A model generated the notes under the pieces. It worked only from the letters and a program-made list of their open reading frames with translations, made no database searches and was not told the DNA's origin. Of a stretch of 64,000 bases of DNA, positions 22,986-33,494 are shown piece after piece. The stretch is taken from contig CAVOKF010000001.1 in the NCBI GenBank assembly GCA_963696385.1, positions 64,001-128,000 of the forward strand, written 5' to 3'. The DNA is from an uncultured delta proteobacterium (GTDB taxonomy: Bacteria; Myxococcota_A; Polyangia; Polyangiales; Polyangiaceae). Numbering within the stretch: position 1 is the stretch's first letter; every line of letters starts with the position of its first letter. Position numbers and translations under genes: made by a program.

Positions 22986-23359
22986 GCCGAATGAACCAGA
23001 TGCGAGTCGTACGGAGCGCCGCCTGCGCGTTCGCCCTCGGCGTGACGGTCCTCGGAACAGCGGGATGCGGCATGGAGGTGGGGGCCGACTATCCGGCCGG
23101 CTACTACGGCGACTACCCGCCGGACGCGTACATTGCGGAGACGGAACCATTCTACTACGGGGGGTACCCGACCTACTGGTACGGCGGCTACTGGTACTAC
23201 CGCAACGGCGGTCGATGGGGCCGTTACGACCGGGAACCGGCGGGCCTCTATCAGCGCCGTATGGCCGGCGCGCCGAGGCAGCACGGCTACGAAGGCGGGC
23301 GCTCTGCCGGTCACTTCGGGGGGGGCCATGCGGGCGGCCGCGCCGGCGGTCGCCGCTAA
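22982..23359 (+). CDS. Small Tyr/Gly-rich lipoprotein
   Basis: ATGA overlap with upstream gene; lipobox TAGC; YPPDAYIA..EPFYYGG.PTYWYGGYWYYR; Gly/Arg tail. Confidence 0.75.
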   Translation: MSRMNQMRVVRSAACAFALGVTVLGTAGCGMEVGADYPAGYYGDYPPDAYIAETEPFYYGGYPTYWYGGYWYYRNGGRWGRYDREPAGLYQRRMAGAPRQHGYEGGRSAGHFGGGHAGGRAGGRR

Positions 23360-23403
23360 ACGACGTTGCCCCGATCCGCGATCGCACCCCGGGACCCTGA
23401 CGG

Positions 23404-23470
23404 CGACGACCTCGACCTCGACCTCGACCTCGACCCCGACAACCCCGACCTCGACCCCGACCTCGACCCG
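23404..23470. repeat. (CGACCT/CGACCC)n hexamer microsatellite between convergent genes
   Basis: cgacctcgacctcgacctcgacctcgaccccgacaaccccgacctcgaccccgacctcgaccc. Confidence 0.85.
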
Positions 23471-23475
23471 CGATT

Positions 23476-24693
23476 TTACGGTCCACCCGAACTCGACGCG
23501 CTCGAAAACGACACGGCCGGCGCGTTCGCGCAGCACCGGAACCCGATCTGATAAAAGAAAAAGCCGTCTCCGTGAGCGCGCGTCGTTGCCCGGCACGTCG
23601 TGCGAACCGGGCCCCAGTAGCCGCCGTTGAGGATCGACGGGCGTTCGCCCGGAATGACGGACGTCGTCCACTCATCGACGTTGCCGATCGTGTCGTCCAC
23701 GCCGAACGGGCTCCGGCAAAGGGGGTGAGATCCAGACGGCTCTCCCTGCCAAAGCCGGTCGATCTCCGCAACGAAGCGGGCACCGCTTCGAACGTCGAAG
23801 AGGCTCATGTCGACTGGGCGGTACGGCCGGTCGATGACGCACGCCCCGGGGTCGCGCACGTAGCCGTTTGGAAAAGGGCGGGCTTGTTCGCCTTCGCAGG
23901 CGAAGGTCCACTCCTCTTCCGTGCACAGCCGCTTGTCTTCGCGCGCGCAGAGACTCTGCGCTTCGCCGAACGTGACCACGATCCAGGGATATGCGCCGCG
24001 CTGGTTCGGGTATTCGTAGCGATCGATGCAGTAATGCAACGGCACGCTCGGAAGGCCCGCGGACAGCGCGATCCACCGGTCGCGATCGTAGCGCGCGCAA
24101 CGTTCCGGATACTCGCGGCTGATCCAGTCGGTGCACATCGACTTTTGCAGCTCCTCCACGGGCTCGTGCTTGGCGGGGTCCTCGGTCTTCATCCGCCCGC
24201 GAATCTCGACCATCCCGGGCCGGCACGCCCCGGGAGCGCCTTCCGCGGCGTCCGTGACGTCGGCGTCGGGCCGGCACGCCCCGGGAGCGCCTTCCGCGGC
24301 GTCCGTGACGTCGGCGTCGGGCCGGCACGCCCCGGGAGCGCCTTCCGCGGCGTCCGTGACGTCGGCGTCGGGCCGGCACGCCCCGGGAGCGCCTTCCGCG
24401 GCGTCCGTGACGTCGGCGTCGGGCCGGCACGCCCCGGGAGCGCCTTCCGCGGCGTCCGCGACCTCGGCGTCCTCCGATCCGGGCGAAACAATCTGCCAGT
24501 ATTTTCCCTCTCGCTGCTGCCATTCGTGTTGCATGGGCGGATGCGCAAGCCCGACGCTCGCGATCATGCCGGCGAGTTCGGCCTCCCGCTCCTCCGGTGG
24601 ACTCTCCCAATGGGCCACCCCCATGGCGGCTAGGAAGACGAACGCAAGAGCCCCCCCGAACGCCTTACCCAGGCCTGCTCGGACGCCTCGCAT
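23476..24693 (-). CDS. FGE-sulfatase (SUMF1/EgtB/PvdO) domain exported protein
   Basis: CRPGMVEI, CIDRYEYPN, KRLCTEEEWTFAC, SPFGVDDTIGNVDEW, GGYW, QIGFRCC. Confidence 0.88.
   Translation of the reverse strand: MRGVRAGLGKAFGGALAFVFLAAMGVAHWESPPEEREAELAGMIASVGLAHPPMQHEWQQREGKYWQIVSPGSEDAEVADAAEGAPGACRPDADVTDAAEGAPGACRPDADVTDAAEGAPGACRPDADVTDAAEGAPGACRPDADVTDAAEGAPGACRPGMVEIRGRMKTEDPAKHEPVEELQKSMCTDWISREYPERCARYDRDRWIALSAGLPSVPLHYCIDRYEYPNQRGAYPWIVVTFGEAQSLCAREDKRLCTEEEWTFACEGEQARPFPNGYVRDPGACVIDRPYRPVDMSLFDVRSGARFVAEIDRLWQGEPSGSHPLCRSPFGVDDTIGNVDEWTTSVIPGERPSILNGGYWGPVRTTCRATTRAHGDGFFFYQIGFRCCANAPAVSFSSASSSGGP
24216..24470. repeat. 51-bp in-frame tandem repeat x5 (DADVTDAAEGAPGACRP)
   Basis: cggcacgccccgggagcgccttccgcggcgtcc recurs every 51 bp; near-perfect copies. 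Confidence 0.95.
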
Positions 24694-24754
24694 GCCTCGG
24701 AACGAAGTTTACATCACGGTGGCCGTGCCCGCCGCACAACGGGCGGAGCGCCGT

Positions 24755-24770
24755 TGGCGCCGGAATTGCG
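24755..24770 (+). promoter_or_regulatory. sigma54-type promoter
   Basis: TGGCGCCGGAATTGCG upstream of the SD/ATG at 24827. Confidence 0.6.
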
Positions 24771-24826
24771 TGAGCGAGTCCGAACGCAGAATTTTGTCCC
24801 ATCCACCTCCCGAGGAGGCCATCGCC

Positions 24827-25309
24827 ATGATTCGTTCTTCCATACTCGCCACGACCGTCCTCTCCCTCACGCTCGCCGCGGCGTGTGACAACGCGTCGAG
24901 CGACGCACAAAAAGCCGAGGTCGCGCAGACGGAGGCCAACGACAAGAGCGCGGGCGCCATGAAGGTGGCTGACGACGCGGTCAAGAGTGCCCAGGCCGAG
25001 GCCGACGAAAAAGTTGCGGCGGCGCAGGCGGACTTCCTAAAACTGAGGGAAGACTACCGGCACAAGGTCACCACCAACCTCGTGGAGCTCGACCGGAAGA
25101 CGGCGGACCTCACGGCCAAGTTGGACCAGTTGCGCGGCAAGGAGAGAGCCGAACTCGATGCCAGTTTGAGGCAGATTCACGCTGGGCGTGACGCGTTTGC
25201 CCGAGACTATCAGTCGCTCGAGGGCGATTCGGCGCGCACTTGGGACAACACGAAATTTCGACTCGACAAGGAGTGGGCCGATCTCAAAGCGCTCGTCGAC
25301 AAAGCCTAA
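24827..25309 (+). CDS. Helical/coiled-coil lipoprotein, hypothetical
   Basis: GAGGAGG SD; lipobox AAAC; Ala/Lys/Glu-rich helices, C-terminal W..TK.RLDKEW. Confidence 0.8.
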   Translation: MIRSSILATTVLSLTLAAACDNASSDAQKAEVAQTEANDKSAGAMKVADDAVKSAQAEADEKVAAAQADFLKLREDYRHKVTTNLVELDRKTADLTAKLDQLRGKERAELDASLRQIHAGRDAFARDYQSLEGDSARTWDNTKFRLDKEWADLKALVDKA

Positions 25310-25470
25310 AGCGGTCCGTCGCGGTCCCCCGAAGTCACTGCCTCCGGTCGCCGCCATGGCGCTTGGCAAGGTACCTCCGCCGGATCGGCACAACGCAAAA
25401 CTCCGCGTGCTTCGGGGCCTCTTCGTCGATCGGTCCAAGGCTCCGTCGCGGTCGCGCCCCAAAACTACAA

Positions 25471-25486
25471 TGGCATCGATTGTGCT
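25471..25486 (+). promoter_or_regulatory. sigma54-type promoter
   Basis: TGGCATCGATTGTGCT in an AT-richer intergenic patch. Confidence 0.55.
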
Positions 25487-25543
25487 TTTCGGTCGCGATC
25501 TCGAGGGACCGCTTGGGTCCCTCGTCGAAACCAAGGCCTCCCC

Positions 25544-25984
25544 ATGCCTCTTCCAGCCCTCGCGGGTCCTCGCACCACGGTGAGCATCGAAGCGGCCCCG
25601 GGCATTGCGCACCGCACTATGCGGATCGAACTCGCGTGTGCCCGCGCGCTCTTGGATGCTATCGAGATCATTCTCAACGTCCCGAGCAGCGCCCGATCGC
25701 GAAGCGACGTCGTCGCTCAGATCGCAGACCAGCTGTCGCGTGTGGCGATTATCATCCAACAGTGGCAAGACGGACCACACGACGACGAATTCCCGGAGGC
25801 GACTTCGGAGGAATCGAGTGAGCGCGCTTGTTGCATGTCCGGCGTCAACGACACGGCAACGCGCAACGAAAACGAGCCAAAGACGGCTTCCTGGCTCCGA
25901 TCTGAGCCAGTGACCGTGCGGATCCAGCAACGCGCGCCGTCGTTGGCGTCAGCCAGCGACAAGAGCGAGGACGACTCGCAATGA
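25544..25984 (+). CDS. Small hypothetical protein (start may be 25580 or 25619)
   Basis: Amphipathic helical core (ELACARALLDAIE...VVAQIADQLSRVA) with acidic tail; downstream of a sigma54-like site. Confidence 0.45.
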   Translation: MPLPALAGPRTTVSIEAAPGIAHRTMRIELACARALLDAIEIILNVPSSARSRSDVVAQIADQLSRVAIIIQQWQDGPHDDEFPEATSEESSERACCMSGVNDTATRNENEPKTASWLRSEPVTVRIQQRAPSLASASDKSEDDSQ

Positions 25985-26084
25985 TGAATGGGGCACTTTC
26001 ACTTGCAAGACGGTCGACGCAGGCCGACCGCCCAATGGCCCTGGCAGCGCGCCGCGGCCGTGCGACGACGCGTAGGAGGCCATC

Positions 26085-27761
26085 GTGCAGATCAGTCCTT
26101 TCGCAGGAAAGCCGGCCACCGCATCGGGGCTGGTCAACGTCCCGAGACTCGTGACCGCGTACTACACCGAAGTCCCGGACCCTTCGGTCCCGGCACAACG
26201 GGTCGCCTTCGGCACCTCGGGACATCGTGGATCCGCTTTCGACAAGGCGTTCAACGAATGGCACATCCTGGCCATCAGTCAGGCTATTTGCCAGCATCGC
26301 GAGCTGAACAAGGTCGATGGCCCGTTGTTTCTTGGAATGGACACGCACGCGTTGTCCGTGCCGGCTCTCGCGAGTGCGCTCGAGGTCCTGGCGGCAAACG
26401 GGGTCGAAGTCATGCTCGCCCAGGGCGACGAATACACGCCGACCCCCGCGGTCTCCCACGCGATTCTCACGTACAACCGTGGGCGCGATCGAGGGCTCGC
26501 AGACGGCATCGTCATCACGCCCTCGCACAATCCGCCCCACGACGGCGGGTTCAAATACAATCCTGCCAACGGGGGCCCGGCCGAGTCCTCCGTAACGGAC
26601 TGGATTGGGCACCAGGCGAACGCTTTTCTCGAGAAGGGTCTTGGAGGTGTCCGGCGAATTCCGTACGAACGAGCTCTGCGCGCCTCGACGACGCACCGTC
26701 ACGATTATCGCGAGGCCTACGTGGCCGATCTGGCCCATGTCATCGACATGGACGCCATTCGCGCAGCTCAGATCCCCATCGGAGTCGACCCGATGGGCGG
26801 CGCTGGAGTCCACTACTGGGAGCCGATTGCCGAACGCTACGGGCTGAACCTCACGGTCGTCGACGAGATCGTCGACCCCACGTTTCGCTTCATGACCGTC
26901 GACTGGGACGGCCAAATCCGCATGGATCCCTCGTCTGTTTACGCCATGCAGAGGCTCATCGCCTATAAGGATCGTTTCGCGATCGCCTTCGCTTGCGACA
27001 CCGACCACGACCGGCACGGGATTGTCACGAAAAGCGGCGGCTTGCTGGCTCCCAATCACTATCTCGCAGTCGCCATCTCGTTCCTGTTCCGGCATCGGCC
27101 GAAGTGGAGCGAGAAGGCGGCCATCGGCAAAACGGTCGTGAGCACCACGATGATCGATCGCGTCACGGCCGATCTCGGGCGCAAGCTTTACGAGGTGCCG
27201 GTCGGCTTCAAGTGGTTCGTCGACGGGTTGCTCGACGGCTCACTGGCCTTCGGTGGCGAAGAGAGCGCGGGGGCGACGTTCGTCCGCCAGGATGGCAGCG
27301 TTTGGACGACCGACAAGGACGGCATGGTGCCCGCGTTGCTCGCAGCGGAAATCACCGCGCGGATGGGCAAAGATCCCGGAGAACTCTACCAGGAACTCAC
27401 GCGCCATTTCGGTGAGCCGATCTACGACCGCGTGGAGGCGAAGGCCACCCCGTCCGAGAAGCAGGCGCTCGGCAGGCTTTCGGCCCGAGACATCCGCCTC
27501 ACGGACTTGGCAGGCGAGAAAGTGGAGGCCATCCTCACTCGCGCGCCGGGCAACGACGCGCCCATCGGCGGCGTGAAGGTCGTCGCAAAAAGCGGGTGGT
27601 TTGCGGCCCGTCCGTCCGGGACCGAGGCCGTGTACAAGATCTATGCGGAAAGCTTCCGTGGAGCGGACCATCTGCGCCGCCTGCTCGAGCAAGCCCAAGC
27701 CGTCGTCGGCGCGGCTTTGACCGTTGGGACCGAAGGGTCCTTATCGGGGAAACGGCCATGA
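26085..27761 (+). CDS. pgm: Phosphoglucomutase
   Basis: AGGAGG SD; FGTSGHRGS, ITPSHNPP, CDTDHDRH, GGEESAG, AARPSGTE. Confidence 0.97.
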   Translation: MQISPFAGKPATASGLVNVPRLVTAYYTEVPDPSVPAQRVAFGTSGHRGSAFDKAFNEWHILAISQAICQHRELNKVDGPLFLGMDTHALSVPALASALEVLAANGVEVMLAQGDEYTPTPAVSHAILTYNRGRDRGLADGIVITPSHNPPHDGGFKYNPANGGPAESSVTDWIGHQANAFLEKGLGGVRRIPYERALRASTTHRHDYREAYVADLAHVIDMDAIRAAQIPIGVDPMGGAGVHYWEPIAERYGLNLTVVDEIVDPTFRFMTVDWDGQIRMDPSSVYAMQRLIAYKDRFAIAFACDTDHDRHGIVTKSGGLLAPNHYLAVAISFLFRHRPKWSEKAAIGKTVVSTTMIDRVTADLGRKLYEVPVGFKWFVDGLLDGSLAFGGEESAGATFVRQDGSVWTTDKDGMVPALLAAEITARMGKDPGELYQELTRHFGEPIYDRVEAKATPSEKQALGRLSARDIRLTDLAGEKVEAILTRAPGNDAPIGGVKVVAKSGWFAARPSGTEAVYKIYAESFRGADHLRRLLEQAQAVVGAALTVGTEGSLSGKRP

Positions 27762-30304
27762 CAGACCCATTTCACATCGACCCCTCGGCGGTTCGTCCGC
27801 GGCTCAGCGGGTTCGAAGGGTTCGACGTTCTCGCGAAGCTGGCGCTCAACATGCGTTGGTCGTGGAACCACGCGACCGACGAAGTGTGGAGGAGGCTCGA
27901 CCCCGAATTGTGGGGCATCACGCACAACCCCTGGGTGGTTCTGCAGACTGCCTCGCGTGACCAAGTCGAGCGCGCGTGGGCCGATCCCGTGTTTCGCAGA
28001 GAGGTGGACGGCTTGGTGCAGACACGAAGGCAGGCCTTGGAGGCGCCGGCGTGGTTTCAGCAGAAGCATGCGCAGGGTCCGCTGACGTGCGCTGCGTATT
28101 TCAGCATGGAGTTCATGCTGAGCGAAGCCTTGCCGATCTATTCGGGAGGGCTCGGCAACGTCGCCGGCGATCAGCTCAAAGCCACGAGCGACCTCGGCGT
28201 GCCGGTCGTGGGCGTGGGTCTTCTGTACCAGCAAGGCTACTTTCGCCAGGTCATCGACAAGGACGGTTCGCAAGAGGCCCTTTTTCCGTACAACGACCCG
28301 GGCCAGTTGCCGATCACACCGCTCCGCCAATCGAACGGCGAGTGGTTGCGTTTGAAAATGGATCTGCCCGGTTACTCGGTGTGGCTGCGCGCCTGGCAGG
28401 TCCAGGTCGGCCGCGTCAAGCTTTACCTTTTGGACAGTAACGACGCGGCGAATCTTCCCGTTCATCGGGCGATCACGAGCGAGTTGTATGGGGGCGGGGC
28501 GGATCTGCGTCTGCAACAAGAGCTGGTTCTCGGAATCGGTGGATGGCGATTGCTCGAAGCGCTGGGCCTCGATCCCGAAGTCTGTCACTTGAACGAAGGC
28601 CACGCGGCATTTGCCGTGTTGGAGCGGGCCCTCGGCTTCATGCGAAAGACGGCGCAGCCGTTCGACGTCGCGCGGGCCGTCACGCGGGCGGGCAACGTCT
28701 TCACCACCCACACGGCCGTTGCGGCCGGCTTTGATTGCTTCCCGGCAGACCTCATCGCGCGGTACCTCGGTGCCTATGCGGAGCAGAAGCTCGGCATCGC
28801 GCAAAGCGACCTGCTGGCGCTCGGCCGGAGGGACCCGAACGATGCCTCGGAGAGTTTCAACATGGCCTACCTGGCCGTGCGCGGCAGCGGGTCGGTCAAT
28901 GCCGTGAGTCGCCTGCACGGCGAGGTGAGCCGGCGCATCTTTCGGCCGCTCTTTCCATCTTGGCCGGAAGACGAAGTGCCCGTCGGCTACGTGACCAACG
29001 GAATCCATACGCCGACCTGGGACTCCGCCCCGGCCGACGATCTCTGGACGGAGGCCTGCGGAAAGGACCGCTGGTTGGGGACGGCGACGACCTTGGCGGA
29101 AGACGTCCGCCGCATCTCCGACGAAAGGCTTTGGGGGTTTCGCGCCGCCGCCCGCAAGAATCTGGTCGAGTACACCCGGCAGCGATTGTCGCGGCAACTG
29201 ACCGCGGAGGGGGCCGCGGCCGAAATCGTGGACGAGGCCAGGCGTCGATTCGACCCGAACGCGTTGACGCTCGGTTTTGCGCGGCGCTTTGCGACGTACA
29301 AGAGACCCGACCTCCTGTTGCACGATCCCGCGCGGCTGCTGCGCCTCTTGTCGAACCCCGACCGCCCGGTGCAACTCATCCTTGCAGGCAAGGCCCATCC
29401 ACAGGACGAGGCGGGTCAAGCCTTGATCCACAGATGGATCGATTTCATCCGACAGCCGGCAAACCGTCCCCACGTCGTCTTTCTCAGCGATTACGACATG
29501 CGACTGACCGAGCACTTGGTTCAGGGCGTCGACGTTTGGGTCAACACTCCGCGGCGCCCGTGGGAGGCCTGTGGAACGAGCGGCATGAAGGTGCTCGTCA
29601 ACGGCGGGCTGAATCTTTCGGAATTGGACGGCTGGTGGGCCGAGGCGTATTCCCCCGAAGTGGGGTGGGCTTTGGGCGACGGCCGCCAGCACGACGACGA
29701 TGCGGCGTGGGACGCCGTCGAAGCCGACGCGCTCTACGACGTGCTCGAGCGCAAGGTGGCCCCGGAGTTTTATACCCGCGACCCGAGCGGCATTCCGACC
29801 GCATGGGTAAGGCGCATGCGGGAGAGCATGGCGCGGCTGACTCCGCAGTTTTCGGCCGACCGCGCCGTGCGCGAGTACGCCGAGCAGCACTACCTTCCGG
29901 CCGCCGCCGCTTACCGCACACGGTCGGCCGACAATGCCGCCCTTGGCCGAGAGTCGGTTCGCTGGCAAGAGACCGTCGAGCGAGCCTGGGCCTCGCTGCA
30001 CTTCGGCAACGTCAAATGCACCACCCGCGGCGACCAGCACGCGTTCGAGGTCGAGGTCCACTTGCAAGACCTCGATCCGAGCGCGGTGCGGGTCGAGCTC
30101 TATGCCGACGGCGCCGGGAGCGGCCCGCCCGTGCGCGTGGAAATGGCACGCGTTCGTCCCATGGCCGGCTCCTCCGGCGGCTCCGTGTACGGCGGTTCGG
30201 CGCCCGCGGCCCGCTCACCCGCGAGCTATACGGCGCGCCTGATGCCGCGCCGCGAGGGCGTGGCCGTGCCGCTCGAGGTCCATTCCATTCTCTGGCAGCG
30301 TTGA
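27758..30304 (+). CDS. glgP: alpha-glucan (glycogen) phosphorylase
   Basis: [36 protein letters not shown] (PLP lysine), DGWW. ATG at 27758 overlaps the pgm stop. Confidence 0.96.
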   Translation: MTDPFHIDPSAVRPRLSGFEGFDVLAKLALNMRWSWNHATDEVWRRLDPELWGITHNPWVVLQTASRDQVERAWADPVFRREVDGLVQTRRQALEAPAWFQQKHAQGPLTCAAYFSMEFMLSEALPIYSGGLGNVAGDQLKATSDLGVPVVGVGLLYQQGYFRQVIDKDGSQEALFPYNDPGQLPITPLRQSNGEWLRLKMDLPGYSVWLRAWQVQVGRVKLYLLDSNDAANLPVHRAITSELYGGGADLRLQQELVLGIGGWRLLEALGLDPEVCHLNEGHAAFAVLERALGFMRKTAQPFDVARAVTRAGNVFTTHTAVAAGFDCFPADLIARYLGAYAEQKLGIAQSDLLALGRRDPNDASESFNMAYLAVRGSGSVNAVSRLHGEVSRRIFRPLFPSWPEDEVPVGYVTNGIHTPTWDSAPADDLWTEACGKDRWLGTATTLAEDVRRISDERLWGFRAAARKNLVEYTRQRLSRQLTAEGAAAEIVDEARRRFDPNALTLGFARRFATYKRPDLLLHDPARLLRLLSNPDRPVQLILAGKAHPQDEAGQALIHRWIDFIRQPANRPHVVFLSDYDMRLTEHLVQGVDVWVNTPRRPWEACGTSGMKVLVNGGLNLSELDGWWAEAYSPEVGWALGDGRQHDDDAAWDAVEADALYDVLERKVAPEFYTRDPSGIPTAWVRRMRESMARLTPQFSADRAVREYAEQHYLPAAAAYRTRSADNAALGRESVRWQETVERAWASLHFGNVKCTTRGDQHAFEVEVHLQDLDPSAVRVELYADGAGSGPPVRVEMARVRPMAGSSGGSVYGGSAPAARSPASYTARLMPRREGVAVPLEVHSILWQR

Positions 30305-30318
30305 AGGCTCGCCGATCG

Positions 30319-31011
30319 ATGAAACAGCGATCCCCACGAGCCGACGTCCCGAATCGGATCGCCATGAAGCGAGCGATCCCGATCACGACGTTGTTTCTCG
30401 ACATCGGCGGGGTCGTGCTCACCGACGGGTGGGATCACCGCGCCCGCAAGCGGGCCGCGACCGCCTTCGATCTCGACTGGGCCGAGATGGAGGCACGGCA
30501 TCGCATGACGTTCGAGTTGGTCGAAGAAGGAGAGCTTGCGCTCGACGACTATCTGAGCCTCGTGGTTTTCTACCAGAAACGGTCCTTCACTCGATCCCGA
30601 TTCCGGCGTTTCATGTTCGCGCAATCCGAACCGTACCCGGACATGATCGACTTCATCTCCGGGCTCAGAGCGCGCCACGATCTCAAAGTCGTCGTCGTCA
30701 GCAACGAAGGGCGGGAACTGAATCGCCATCGCGTTCGAACGTTCCGACTCGACGACTTCGTGGACGTCTTCATTTCGTCGTCCTTCGTTCATCTTCGAAA
30801 GCCGAACCCGGACATCTTTCGGCTGGCGCTCGACGTCGCCCAAGTGGAAGCGTCCGAGGTCCTGTATCTGGACAATACCGCGATGTTCGTCCACATCGCC
30901 GAGGGGTTGGGCATTCGAAGCGTCCTGCATACCCATTTCGCGTCGACGCGCACGAAGCTTTTGGCCTTCGGCTTGCAGAGTGGTGGAGGGATCATCCAAA
31001 AAACCGGATGA
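30319..31011 (+). CDS. HAD-family phosphatase (start may be 30364)
   Basis: [29 protein letters not shown]. Confidence 0.88.
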   Translation: MKQRSPRADVPNRIAMKRAIPITTLFLDIGGVVLTDGWDHRARKRAATAFDLDWAEMEARHRMTFELVEEGELALDDYLSLVVFYQKRSFTRSRFRRFMFAQSEPYPDMIDFISGLRARHDLKVVVVSNEGRELNRHRVRTFRLDDFVDVFISSSFVHLRKPNPDIFRLALDVAQVEASEVLYLDNTAMFVHIAEGLGIRSVLHTHFASTRTKLLAFGLQSGGGIIQKTG

Positions 31012-31121
31012 GCCGCGCATGGGGATCATCCGTGCAGGCTCGTCGAGCCACCATTCACCAGGATGGATCCGCGGCCGCGTGTCCGTCTTCAATGTCCGCT
31101 CACCTTGGAAGGATTCGATCG

Positions 31122-33494
31122 ATGCAACCAAACCCGCTCTCGCCCGAAGAGTGCCGGCGAATGCACGCGTACTGGCGCGCCGCCAACTATCTGTCCGTTG
31201 GCCAGATCTATCTGTACGACAACCCTTTGTTGAAAGAGCCTCTGAAGCTGTCGCACGTGAAGCCGTTGGTCGTCGGGCATTGGGGCACGACACCGGGTCA
31301 GAACTTCATTTACGCGCATCTGAATCGGGTCATCAAAAAATACGACCTCGACATGTTCTACGTCGCCGGTCCCGGTCACGGGGGCCCGGCGCTCGTCGCC
31401 AACGTGTATCTCGAGGGCACCTACAGCGAAGTGTTTCCCAACATCGGCCGGGACGAGGCGGGACTGAAAAAACTCTTCACGCAGTTCTCGTTTCCCGGCG
31501 GGATCTCGAGCCACGTCGCGCCGACGACTCCGGGGTCGATTCATGAAGGGGGCGAGCTCGGGTATTCGCTGAGCCATGCCTTCGGTGCCGCTTTCGACAA
31601 CCCCGATCTGATCGTGGCGTGCGTGGTCGGCGACGGCGAAGCGGAAACGGGCCCGCTCGCCACCTCGTGGCAGTCCAACAAGTTTCTCGATCCGGTCACC
31701 GACGGCGCGGTCCTTCCGATTCTGCACCTCAACGGCTTCAAGATCAGCAACCCGACGGTCTTGGCTCGCATCGAGCGGGAAGAATTGGAGCAGTTTTTCC
31801 GCGGCTCGGGCTGGACGCCGCTCTTCGTCGAAGGCGATGACCCGCAAGAGATGCACCAACGCATGGCGGGTATCGTCGAGCAGGCCGTCGAGAGCATTCG
31901 CCACATCCAGCAGCAGGCGCGGCGCAAGAGCGACACCACGCGGCCACGCTGGCCCATGATCGTCCTGAGGTCGCCCAAAGGCTGGACGGGGCCGAAAGTC
32001 GTGGATGGACTGCAGGTCGAGGGCACGTTCCGAGCTCACCAGGTGCCGCTGCTGGTCGATTCCGATCATCCGGAGCACGTCGCCGAGCTCGAGCGGTGGA
32101 TGCACAGCTACAAGCCGGAAGAACTGTTCGATGAGTCGGGCCGACTCATCGCGGAGCTCGCCGATCTGGCACCGAAGGGCGACCGGCGGATGGGGGCCAA
32201 TCCCCACACCAACGGTGGCATTCTGCTGCGCGATCTGCGAATGCCCGACTTCCGCGTTCACGCGGTCGCCGTCCCTTCGCCGGGCGCTGTCAACGGTCAG
32301 GATACGCTCGTGCTGGGCAACTTCCTGCGCGACGTGGCCCGCCTGAATCAGGAGCCGCGCACGTTCCGTGTCTTCGGGCCCGACGAGACCCTTTCGAATC
32401 TTCTCGGGGCGGTCTTCGAAGTCACCAACCGCCAGTGGGACGCGCGAAAAGCGCACAATGACGAGTTTCTTGCGCCCGACGGGGGCGTGCTCGATTCGAT
32501 GTTGAGCGAGCACCAATGCGAGGGTTGGCTCGAAGGGTATCTTTTGACCGGGCGGCACGGAATCTTCAATAGCTACGAAGCCTTCATTCGAATCGTCGAC
32601 TCGATGTTCAGTCAGCACGCCAAGTGGCTCAAGGTCACGCTGGAGTTGCCCTGGCGCCGCAAGATCGCTTCGCTCAACTACCTGCTCGCGTCGCATGTCT
32701 GGCAGCAGGACCACAACGGCTTCACGCACCAGGATCCAGGTTTTCTCGACCACGTCATCAACAAGAAGGCCGACATCGTCCGGGTGTATCTACCGCCCGA
32801 CGGCAATTGCCTGCTGTCGGTCGTGGATCATTGCCTGCGCAGCCGTCACTACGTCAACGTGGTGGTGGCCGGCAAGCACGCCCTGCCGCAGTGGCTCGAC
32901 ATGGACGCCGCGATCGTCCACTGCGAGCAAGGCATCGGCATTTGGCAATGGGCCAGCAACGATCAAGGCGCCGATCCGGACGTGGTCATGGGCTGCTCCG
33001 GAGACACGCCCACGCTCGAGGTTCTGGCAGCGGTGTCGATTCTTCGGCAGCATCTGCCCGACCTGAAAGTCCGCGTGGTCAACGTCGTGGATCTGATGAA
33101 GCTACAGCCCCAATGCGAGCACCCGCACGGGCTGAGCGAACAAGATTACGACTCGCTCTTCACGAAAGACAAGCCCATCGTATTCGGATTTCACGGCTAC
33201 CCGTGGCTCGTCCATCGCCTGACCTACCGCCGGACCAACCGCAACCTGCACGTCCGCGGCTACAAGGAAGAGGGTACCATCACGACGGCCTTCGACATCA
33301 GGGTGCAGAACGAGTTGGACCGCTTTCATCTCGTGCAAGACGTGGTCGACCGCTTGCCGTCCGAATGGGGTACGAGAGGGGCCTATCTGAAGCAGATGGT
33401 GCAGGATAAGCTCGTCGAGCACAAGCAGTACATCGACCGACACGGTCAGGACATGCCCGAAATCCGAAATTGGAAGTGGGGCGAACGCCGATGA
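31122..33494 (+). CDS. xfp: Xylulose-5-P/fructose-6-P phosphoketolase
   Basis: [56 protein letters not shown]. Confidence 0.97.
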   Translation: MQPNPLSPEECRRMHAYWRAANYLSVGQIYLYDNPLLKEPLKLSHVKPLVVGHWGTTPGQNFIYAHLNRVIKKYDLDMFYVAGPGHGGPALVANVYLEGTYSEVFPNIGRDEAGLKKLFTQFSFPGGISSHVAPTTPGSIHEGGELGYSLSHAFGAAFDNPDLIVACVVGDGEAETGPLATSWQSNKFLDPVTDGAVLPILHLNGFKISNPTVLARIEREELEQFFRGSGWTPLFVEGDDPQEMHQRMAGIVEQAVESIRHIQQQARRKSDTTRPRWPMIVLRSPKGWTGPKVVDGLQVEGTFRAHQVPLLVDSDHPEHVAELERWMHSYKPEELFDESGRLIAELADLAPKGDRRMGANPHTNGGILLRDLRMPDFRVHAVAVPSPGAVNGQDTLVLGNFLRDVARLNQEPRTFRVFGPDETLSNLLGAVFEVTNRQWDARKAHNDEFLAPDGGVLDSMLSEHQCEGWLEGYLLTGRHGIFNSYEAFIRIVDSMFSQHAKWLKVTLELPWRRKIASLNYLLASHVWQQDHNGFTHQDPGFLDHVINKKADIVRVYLPPDGNCLLSVVDHCLRSRHYVNVVVAGKHALPQWLDMDAAIVHCEQGIGIWQWASNDQGADPDVVMGCSGDTPTLEVLAAVSILRQHLPDLKVRVVNVVDLMKLQPQCEHPHGLSEQDYDSLFTKDKPIVFGFHGYPWLVHRLTYRRTNRNLHVRGYKEEGTITTAFDIRVQNELDRFHLVQDVVDRLPSEWGTRGAYLKQMVQDKLVEHKQYIDRHGQDMPEIRNWKWGERR

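Noticed and set aside
24216..24470. Regular repeats as a possible CRISPR array (also 4231-4452 and 60815-61036)
   Set aside because: Head-to-tail units with no unique spacers, in frame within CDSs, and no cas genes in the window.
27641..30067. Long antisense ORFs (e.g. 808 aa opposite glgP, 614 aa opposite tamB, 768 aa opposite 43980..45815)
   Set aside because: Shadow ORFs expected from high GC3 codon bias; no recognisable motifs.
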